Shown: piece after piece, positions 54,680 through 64,000 of the stretch
Layout: each line of letters begins with the position of its first letter
Numbering within the stretch: the first letter of the stretch is position 1
Origin: the human T2T-CHM13v2.0 reference genome, Homo sapiens
Length of the DNA stretch: 64,000 nt
Strand: one strand, 5' to 3'
NCBI RefSeq assembly: GCF_009914755.1
Contig: NC_060931.1
The notes under the pieces: generated by a model
Told to the model about the DNA's origin: nothing
The model's input: the letters and a program-made list of their open reading frames with translations, nothing else
Database searches by the model: none
Translations under genes and position numbers: made by a program

Positions 54680-54920
54680 TCACTCATTCATTTGTTCAAC
54701 AAATATTGATGAAGCACCTAACTATGGAGCAAGCACTGTTTTAAACACTAGAGATAGAAAAGTGAGCAAACTCTGCCTCTGAGAGTTTACATTGAGGTAG
54801 AGATACTCAGACAACAGTAAACAAACAAGAAACAGAGGATGAGAGTTCTCTGTGTACTATGAGAGAAATAAGCAAGGTAACAGGAGCAGACAGGAGGCTG
54901 ATTTAGGTAGCTTGATCAAG
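54680..54920 (-). mobile_element. L2 3' end
   Basis: tcactcattcatttgttcaacaaatattgatgaagcacctaactatg. Confidence 0.75.
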
Positions 54921-56110
54921 CCTTTGCTTGCCTCAGGCCCCAAAGGGAAGCTAATACTACCATATCACCTGCCTGGGCCGCTAACACACACCTTGTTTAT
55001 GTGATCCCATTCTTTCTCACTGGTGATAGAGACAGCTGTCCTCTCAAGAATCCCCATTGCTCAGTACCAAGTTGGTAACAAATTAATCTACTGAGCAGAA
55101 GAGTTCAAAAGGGGTTGTACAGGAGCATAGTATTTAACAGATGAAAGCTTTTAGCATCCCAGCCCTCACGCTGGTTTGTTGATGAGTTTTTAATTTCTTC
55201 CTCATGGCTTCTAGGATGAAATACCAAGTAAGAGAAAAAGCAAGAAAGTCATTCATTTGACCCCTAAAAACCTGGAAATTTTTACCCTTCCCTGACACAA
55301 ATAAAAAAGAAATCTCATCAAATAATGCCTAAGTATTTCTATAGCATATATTCTTCCATGGAAAGAATAACCTATTTCATAATAGACAATTGTATTATTG
55401 TTCTGGAATTCCAATTTGGAAATTCAGATCTTAGGCCACTGGATTAATACTAAAGTTAAACATGAAAAAATATGTAAGTACTTGGGTTGGAGTCCAACAC
55501 TGTGCTTTATAATAAGATCTGAGAGGAATCACAAAACCTCTCTATCATCGAGCCAAAGGGGTTAAATGTTCACCACTAGACCTTTGTTTTAGTGTTATCT
55601 CCATAAGATCTCTATTAAAATGTATTTGTTACCTTGTCAAGGGGATGATACCAAGAACCAATGCATTTTGAGGCAAAAGTGAAAGGCTGAGACAGCATTG
55701 GGAGGCACTTTGTAGGCAGAACAGATTCAGGTGGCAAATGCCACAAACTGTGACAAGGCAGTGTGATGTCATTGGCACCTTGAAGAAGGAATATCACTAG
55801 GAAGCATGGAAGATACCAGGAGAAACATTGACTCCTGGAAACTAGAATTGGCAGAACCTTAAAGTTGAGAAGGTCAAGGCTCTTTCTTGAGGAAAACTGG
55901 GTCCCTGGGAGAAAAGGTATTTTAGAACATAGAAACTGAAAATTGAAAGAAACTCTTGAGATTGGGCACAATTCTCAATATTACTCAGTCATAATAGACC
56001 CCAGAGAGGCTTCTGAAAAGTACAGATTCCCAGACCCTTCCCCTTCCCACCACCAGCAACTTTGATTCATTATATCTTGGGTTATTCTCAGAAAACTTTT
56101 TTTAAAAATT

Positions 56111-56651
56111 GAAATACCATTTGACCCAGCAATCCCATTACTGGGTATATACCCAAAGGATTATAAATCATTCCACTATAAAGACACATGCACACATATG
56201 TTTATTGCAGCACTGTTCATAATAGCAGAGACTTGGAACCAACAAAAATGCCTGTCAATGATAGACTGGATAAAGAAAATGTGGTACATATACACCATGG
56301 AATACTATGCAGCCATAAAAAAGGATGAGTTAATATCCTTTGCAGGGATGTGGATGAAGCTGGAAACCATCATTCTCAGCAAACTAACACAAAAACAGAA
56401 AACCAAACACCACACGTTCTCACTCCTAAGTGGGAGTTGAACAATGAAAACACATGGACATGGAAGGCAGGGGGGCATCACACACTGGGGACTGTCGGGG
56501 GGTGGGGGGCTAGGAGAGGGATAGCATTAGGAGAAATACCTAATGTAGATGACGGGTTGATGGGTGCAGCAAACCACCATTGCACCTGTACACCTATGTA
56601 ACCTGCACGTTCTGCAGATGTATCCTAGAACTTAAAATATGATAAAAAAAA
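56111..56651 (+). mobile_element. 5'-truncated L1PA (PA7/8-like): ORF2p C-terminus plus 3'UTR, inserted in a MER5-like element
   Basis: ORF 56198-56440 (MFIAALF...WIKKMWYIYTMEYYAAIKK...WMKLETIILSKL) matches the L1 ORF2p end; G-rich 3'UTR gggatagcattaggagaaatacctaatgtagatgacgggttgatgggtgcagcaaaccacc. Confidence 0.97.
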
Positions 56652-58487
56652 TCCACATATAAGCAAAAAAAGAAAAATGACTTATCTAGCAAATTTGAGA
56701 ACAACTCCTCTTTACGTTGTAAGAATTCCATCTATTCGGTCCTTTATTCATCATGCAGCCTTTGGTAGTCTTAACATGCTAGTTCTAAGGTCACAGAGCT
56801 CACTAATTAGAGGGCTGGAATTTATGATCTTAATATAACATATTTATTCCACCTTTTCACTCATTTCAAATATATCTGGAGTTGACAATTCTTAGTGCAG
56901 CCCTAATAGCCCCAAATGATATAAATATTAATATTACTCATACTATGGAATTTGATTTTGTGCCTGGTAAAATTTGTTTTTTTAAATGACAATTAGAATT
57001 AATAGATAATATAGAAACTGTATTTCCTGAATGAATCTCTAGAAGGTATTTCATTCCCTTATTCTCCATATGGGCAGAACCCTATGAAAAATAACATCTC
57101 CTCTTGAGTTCTACATCCATAAAAAAAATATAGAATATAGCTCAGGTGATAGATATAATGATGATTAAAAGGAAGGAAAATGACACCTGTGAGAAAAGGT
57201 AACAGAAATTGGAATTACCTACTCTAGAGAATGCTGGCAAGTGATATTCTTCTAGTACATAGAGAAATATTATACATAATGGTGACTGGCTGAGCCCCAT
57301 TTTAACTGCCAGAAAATTTTTTAAATGGGCCTGATACTCATTTCTTTCTCTGAGCTAAACTTAAAAAGAATTAAATTGATGGTAAGAAAATGTTGATAAA
57401 CATATGATCTGATTAGCAAAGATGAATTGTCATCCACTAAATGATTTTTTACCAAACGAGTTAAAAAACAAGAACTAAACTAAACTAAAATATATTTGCA
57501 GCTCATTGTGATGATGTAAGTTGTGAGACTATTCAGTGGCTGAGGCCACAGGGCAGTTCTTTGAGGGAACATGATGGTGTTGCCTGGGACACTTAACAAA
57601 ACTGATTACAAAATGTCATTTAATTAAGCAAAGAGAACTCTGAGGACTTTAAAGTTTTCTCTGCCCCTAGTTGCAGTCTTCACCTTGTTCCCCAGCTCCA
57701 CCCTCATACTAATATGAATCATAGGAGGCATAGATTGTACCAAGCTGTAGTAGTTTGTTGAACCCTCCTGGCTGAAGCACAATGCAAGATTGGTGTTAAA
57801 GACCATGGTAGTAACGAATGCATTTCAAATAACATGTGTTTACAATTATAGATAAGCACTGCAGGCTCATTAACTATAAATGAGGTAAATCTGAGGAGAA
57901 ATGTAGTTTTCTTCTAGACTTCCTGGAAGAGGTGTTTTTGTCACCATTTCATAGCCTTTGCAGCTATTACTTAGAAGATAAAAGTGGGATCACTAACATT
58001 TCAATTAACGCTTTCCAATAACATGAGCAGACAGACACTATTGTGTATAAATCAACTGTATCTAAGATGATGTGTAGATAAATAGGTTAAATAGAATGCT
58101 CTTATCATTCTTGAAAATAAAATAGTAGGATGGTTGCTGATTCCCTTTACAAACACGACATCTATAAAACTGCTTTCTTCCTGAGGATTGTTCAATAGGA
58201 GTGCCTGGGAAAGGGCTAGGAAATAACTTTCCAGGCAAGGCACTAACAGTAGAATTGAACTTTCATTAGTGCAGAGTGTAACCACAAGGCTTCAGCTCAT
58301 ATTGTCTAACTTTACAGCTTCCAAAAGGCCTGAATTGAAGACTCAATTTCCATATTGCAGAGTTGTTTTCCTAGGAGCCCTTTACATTATTTATTTTTAC
58401 AGTAATACGCTGGAGAACTCAGTAGCAAGTAGACCAACTGTCCCATGGTTGGAAAGTTATCCTAAATGAGTACCAAAATCAGCTGAA

Positions 58488-58655
58488 TCAGTGTTCCTAA
58501 CATTCTAATGAACATCTGAAACACCTGGCAATATTGTTTAAACTATAGATTCTGATTCAATAGGCCTGGGATGGAGCCTGAGAGTCTGTGTTTCTAGCAA
58601 ATCCTAACTGATGTCTCTGCTGATTCATAAATCACACTCTTGAGTGGGGAGGGTT
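58488..58655. mobile_element. MER5A hAT DNA transposon
   Basis: agattctgattcaataggcctgggatggagcctgagagtctgtgtttctagcaa. Confidence 0.8.
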
Positions 58656-58959
58656 AGATTATTTGCAAAAGCCTATTCAGTTTAGCACTCACTTGATGAT
58701 CACTTACTCTTTGCCAAATACTTTGGGTGTGGTCTTCTAACGTTGCCTCATTAAAAGACTACAATATTATTTACAGAATATACTTCAGTTTGTGTGGTGG
58801 AGTTTAATAGTATTACTAAACTTCCCACATCAAACAAACAAAAAAAATCTCCTGAGGTTTATTTAGGGTGATTTTGTGGAATTAAGGTGGATCCTGGACA
58901 TTAGCATTACCAGATAATTCTTATCATTAGCCTGGAAACACTTCTTACTATTACCAGGG

Positions 58960-59170
58960 GATGTATGCATTGGAGTTGCCAAGACCTTGATTTGAATCCT
59001 CATTCTTTAATTTCATGGCTATAACTTTAGGTACATTTCTTAAGTTCTCTCTTCTTTGATTTTCTTATCTAGAAAACTGAAGAAACAATACTAATCTTTA
59101 AGGATTGATTTGAGGATTCAGCAAAATAATGTACATAAAAGCCTAAGCACAGTGTCTGACACATAGTAGG
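58960..59170 (+). mobile_element. MIR SINE
   Basis: gatttgaatcct...gcacagtgtctgacacatagtagg. Confidence 0.75.
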
Positions 59171-59545
59171 TGTTCCAGTTACTATTGCTGCATAAAGATC
59201 ACCTCAATCTGAATGGTGTTGAACAACCAATCTCACAGTATGCCATGGATTCTGAGAGCCAGGAATTTGGAAAGGGCATGATAGCCTCAGGGTAGTCAGA
59301 CTTTTGATGTGATACCTCAAGGCTTCAAGCAGGAGTATGACAATGACAGGCGGAGGCTGCATCTTTCATAACCTAGCCTCAAAGGCCACATAGCATCACC
59401 CTCACCACATTCTATTTGTTACAGCAAGCCCTCCTATAGTCAGGAATAGGAGAATCAGACTCCCACTATCAACAATACAGCAGCAAAGTCTCATTGTAGA
59501 AGAGCATGTAGGACAGCTCTCTTTGGAAAATAAAGTCAGCCACAG
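59171..59545 (-). mobile_element. MLT1-family solo LTR (old)
   Basis: tgttccagttactattgctgcataa...ggattctgagagccaggaatttgg...tcagccaca. Confidence 0.75.
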
Positions 59546-59584
59546 TAGGCAAACAATTTTCTCCTCCTTTTGGATGGAAAACTT

Positions 59585-59949
59585 TCTCTTAGTTGGCTTG
59601 GGCTGCTGTATTACTATAGACTGGTTGGCTTATACAACAGAAATTTATTTCTCATGCTTCTGAAGACTGGGGAGTCCAAGAATAAGGTACCAGCCAATTA
59701 AAGTTCTTATAAGGGCCATCCGCCTGGTTATGTCCTCACATGGCAGAAGAAGGGGGAAGGAGGAAGAAGAGGAAGGGGAGAAGGAGGGATCCGGTTTCTT
59801 TCTCTTCTTAGAAGGACACTAATCCCATTTATAAGACACTGCCCTCATGGCCTAATTACCTCCCAAAGGCCCCACCTCCAAATATCATCACACTGGGGAT
59901 TAGGCTTCAACCTGTGAGTTTTGGGGTCACAAACATTTAGACCATAGCA
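59585..59949 (-). mobile_element. MLT1A/MSTC-like MaLR solo LTR
   Basis: cttagttggcttgggctgctgta...aacagaaatttatttctca...taattacctcccaaaggccccacctccaaata...aaacatttagaccatagca. Confidence 0.88.
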
Positions 59950-61664
59950 TCTATCAGATAGTTGTGCTAGAGTGACATTGTTCAGTATCTTTGCCTGGCA
60001 AAAACTATCTTGGGTCTTTGGTCCTCCAGAGGTCACTCTTTTTACTAATTGCATTTCTGTCTAGCTCTTAGTCCAAGAACACCTCTAGCAGTTCTTAGTT
60101 TACAATCATGACTAAGTATATTCACAGAGGTGTTGGCCCTCACCCCAAAGTGTGGGCAGAGGCCATCTCCTTCAGTCATGGGACCTTGTGGTCATTACAG
60201 AGATTTTTTAAAGCAAACAACAGCTCTTTTTCCTGAGGCTGAATACATCTAATTTCTCTGGATAAGGGGAAATGATGGCAAGCTCCCTGATGGCAAGAGA
60301 CCTAACTCTGATTATCCTCATTTCTAGATTGAAATTATATTGCAATATATAGTTCAGAGTTAGTACTCAATACTGTTTCATGAATTCAGTTCAATTCTTT
60401 GTGTTCTCATACAACTTTCTTTCCTCTCCAAATTCTTTTCTGAATCTGGTTCACCATCACTAACCATTTCCCCCATATTTCCCCCAGTTGGACCTTTAAA
60501 CAGCCTATTTCCATTACTCAGAGCCATATAGAACAACCACAGAAGTACCACTTTTCACTCATTTTCCTCATCTCAAATAAGTTACTTTTCAAGCACATAG
60601 TTAAAAATGAAAGCACTAAGAACTTCTTTAAAGTCCCATTAACTTCGCATTCACTGTTCAGCTAATCTGAGAATCTATTGCCAATTAATACAGTCACTTC
60701 CTCTTGTAACACTATTCTTAACAGAACTGGTCAATCTCCGTCATTCAAGAGTGATAACTATCTGTCAGGAGAGGTCTCAGTACTGGCAATAAGGAACAAG
60801 TTTGAAATGGACAACTTTGACATTGCAGCCAGGATAGAGGCAGGGGGAGAAAAGACCCAAGTGGGAATCAAATACAAGTAATAAGCAAGGTCCCAAGACC
60901 CAGTCAGGGATAGAAACTACAGATTAGGAGACAATTCAAGTTAGAATAAGACACAGTTCTCTTTCCTAGGGAAATTAAATAAAATGGGCAGGAGGAAGAT
61001 AAATACAAGATAACTATAACACAAGACAGAAGATGATATAGTGCAAAAAGAGACAACAGAGTCATAGGAAATTTGTGGAAGATCTTAATGGAAGAAATGT
61101 CATTTTAACCAAATATGACCCTATCCCTCAGGAGAAAAGAAAGCTCTTTAGAAAGACATGCAAAGTTCATTGTGGTCTACTCCCTAGCTATAGCTCCTCT
61201 CCCAGTTCCCCTACCCCAGCCCCATTCATATATATTCCATCTACTTTTCTCCTCTGGTTAACTCCCAAATCCCAAAAGTTCTTGAAGACTCCCTTCAGTT
61301 ATCTCTTTCTCAGAAAAGGGAATTAGTGACTAAGTCTCTGTTTCTGTCAGCCTATTATAGCTGAGCATAAAGCTCTTCTGGCACATAGTACAGAACATTT
61401 GTATTTACCATATTTACTCATCTTATTCACTAGACAGTAAATTTCTTGAGGGCAGAAACCTTTTTTTATCTTTATCCTTGTATGTTTAGTACAATGCTTG
61501 ACAGATTATAGCACTGACCAAGCAGATGTTTAATATATGAATGAGAATCTGAAGTCAAATCAGAAGTTAGATCAAGTGAGAAATATTTTAGCAAAGAAGA
61601 TTCAGTGAGAACTTACTGTTTTTCAGTCCCCATATGTATGAGTGTAAATGTGTATGATCTAAAC

Positions 61665-61880
61665 CAGGAGTCCACAAACATTGGCTTTTGTACCAAATCT
61701 GGCCCGCCACCTGCTTTTACACAAACTTGTAATGGAACACAGCTACACTCCTTTGTGTGTTTTCAATGACAGCTTTCATACTACTAGGTCAGAGTTGAGT
61801 AGTTGATACAGAAACCATATGGCCTGCAAAACTTAGAATATTTATTATCTGACCCATTACAGAAAGTTTGCCAACCCATG
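61665..61880. mobile_element. MER58A hAT DNA transposon
   Basis: ccaaatctggcccgccacctgctttt...gagttgagtagttg...tggcctgcaaaacttagaatattta...aagtttgccaaccc. Confidence 0.88.
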
Positions 61881-63049
61881 AGCTAAACATCAAGAGGTGG
61901 AATATTTAAAATAAAGTGTATTGTCTCTAAATAATATATTCTGTAGACAATTTATATTGGCTCAAAAAAGACCATTTTTTTCCTGTGAATATCCCTCCAT
62001 GTACTCTCTACTTTTTATTATTACCACATTAATACAAGGCCCAGCTCCATGCCTGTCTCCCCCATTGCTTAGTCTCCTACAACAGATGCTGTAAAATAGC
62101 ATGCACAGGAGCCTAGACTCTGCCCTCTAGGAACTTAGAATTAAGACAACAATGTAACTGGCAGGAGCATTCTCCATCCTGTAAACCACAGACTATCAAA
62201 GACAGTATATGTAGCAGAGGGGCCTATCCCATGGAATACAGAGAAAAACATTAAGGAAAGTCAGATATATTTGAACTATTCATAGTTTTGGACCATCACT
62301 TTCTTAGTCTACTAGAAAGTTTTAAAAAGCTTGACTGTCTTAAGAACTTAGGAAACTATAGTCAACTCAGCCTCATCCCTTCCTTCTCCAGGCAATGGGG
62401 CTGTTAAGTAAATCAATGAATTAAACCAGGCAAATCAGGTATCACATTTGAAATCTTCCAAAGTCCTGGCATGGTGCTGTACAGCTGAGTAACTGCCCTT
62501 CACCTCATCATCTTCCCTCCTCTTGACAGGCTTCTGTTTGTCCTACCACTTTGGAGTACTCAGGTGTGACTTTCCCCATATGTTTACTGTCCTTCATTTG
62601 CCACACACAGAGCAGGGCATCTATGTCCATATCTGATATGTTGGTTGGGATTTTATCATTTAGCTAGTGAGCAGGTAGTGAAACTGGTAAAGTAACTGCA
62701 ATGAAGTCAAAGCCTCTCACAGTGAAATCAGTGGTAAAGATACACAATGATTGTTACAGGGCTTGTGGTGATACACAGGGTCCAGAGAAACTTAATTCCT
62801 TTATTTCCAGGGGAGTTTTTGTTGATACACCAACTTTTCCTAGTATAAAAAAAGCACCTTCCAAGATAAGGAGTTGACACTTGACTTGGTGAATTTATCC
62901 CCAAAGAAGGGGGCACTCTTTTGTCTGCTTTCGTTCCACCTTTGTAGAATGAGTCCAGATGCAATCACCCCAAATTACTTCTGATTAGCTTCCTTTTGTG
63001 AGATAATTTCAAGCAGATTTTTTTTTTAGTTGAAGAATGCTGATGACCC

Positions 63050-63270
63050 TTAGATGTAGTATGGTGCAATGGTTAAGAGAAGGATTCCCAAGCTGGACTG
63101 TCTGTTCAAGTCTCTCCTGACTATAGCAAAGTAATCTCTTCTTATCTTTGTCATCTGTAAAGTGATGATGATAGTGTTTACTGCTTGAGGATGTTGGAAG
63201 GATAAAGCGAGTTAATATATCTAATCTAACATTCTTAGAATAGTGTCTGGTGTATAACGTGTTCCATTTT
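63050..63270 (+). mobile_element. MIR SINE
   Basis: gtagtatggtgcaatggttaagag...tcatctgtaaagtgatgatgatag. Confidence 0.75.
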
Positions 63271-63718
63271 TTTAAAGAGAGTATTATTGTGTTACATGTT
63301 ATTCAGCACAGAAGTGACACTGTCCTATTAATAGCAGAAAAATATTTTTGAACAAAATGTTAGTTTATGCTTCTAATTCCAAACACATTCTTTACTAACA
63401 TGGAGGAAAGCTAATATTTCTAAATTGTTAACTTTACCATTTTTCATTAGCAATAAAGGAATTCACTTATGGCTTATGTATTGGTTGTAATTTAAAGAAA
63501 ATTAATATATACGCATATGAAATTATGTATGTACATACACAAACTTTTCTAACAGGATCTGAGTGAATTATTTGTATGTTCTTATAGAGTAACAAATAAT
63601 TTACAAATCACACAGAAAAAAAGTCCCATATTTCTCACATTGCTTTGATCATAAAGGATTAATTACATTCTTTCAATAACCCAGCATAACTACATTACTA
63701 TTAAAAATGGCATAACTC

Positions 63719-64000
63719 GGCCGGGCGCAGTGGCTCATGCCTGTAATTCCAGCACTTTGGGAGGCTGAGGTGGGTGGATCATGAAGTCAAGAGGTCGAGA
63801 CCATCCTGGCCAACATGGTGAAACCCTGTCTCTACTAAAATTACAAAAAATTAGCCGGGCGTGGTGGCAGGTGCCTGTAATCCCAGCTACTTGGGAGGCT
63901 GAGGCAGGAGAATAGCTTGAACCTGGGAGGCGGAGGTTGCAGTGAGCCGTGAGCCAAGATCACACCATTGCACTCCAGCCTGGGCAAAAAGAGCAAAACT
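63719..64000 (+). mobile_element. AluSc-like element running off the window end
   Basis: ggccgggcgcagtggctca...ggatcatgaagtcaagaggtcgagaccatcctggccaacatgg; upstream tt|aaaaa endonuclease site. Confidence 0.97.

Overview
AT-rich, CpG-depleted primate genomic DNA, most likely human or ape (Alu S/Y and L1PA elements are present). It looks intronic or intergenic. Much of the window is decayed interspersed repeat: L2, MIR, CR1/L3, old L1M, L1MA, L1PA, MaLR/ERVL solo LTRs, MER5/MER58 hAT elements and four Alus. No ORF in the supplied track is a credible cellular CDS; the only recognisable protein match is the C-terminus of L1 ORF2p (56198-56440). There is no CpG island and no tRNA, rRNA or CRISPR signature. 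The best host-derived signals are two well-formed minus-strand candidate exons (31084-31132, 49 nt; 23412-23515, 104 nt) plus weaker ones. Joined, the two have stops in all frames, which suggests a 5'UTR or lncRNA of a large minus-strand transcript that I cannot name. The most unusual structures are: (i) a ~45-bp L1PA tail inserted into a palindromic endonuclease target with A/T-rich tails at both ends, (ii) a ~180-bp locally templated duplication with a 13-bp tandem scar, and (iii) a 54-nt pre-miRNA-like hairpin in unique sequence. I see no evidence of a new multi-gene system. Repeat subfamily calls and boundaries were made by eye from remembered consensus sequences and are approximate.
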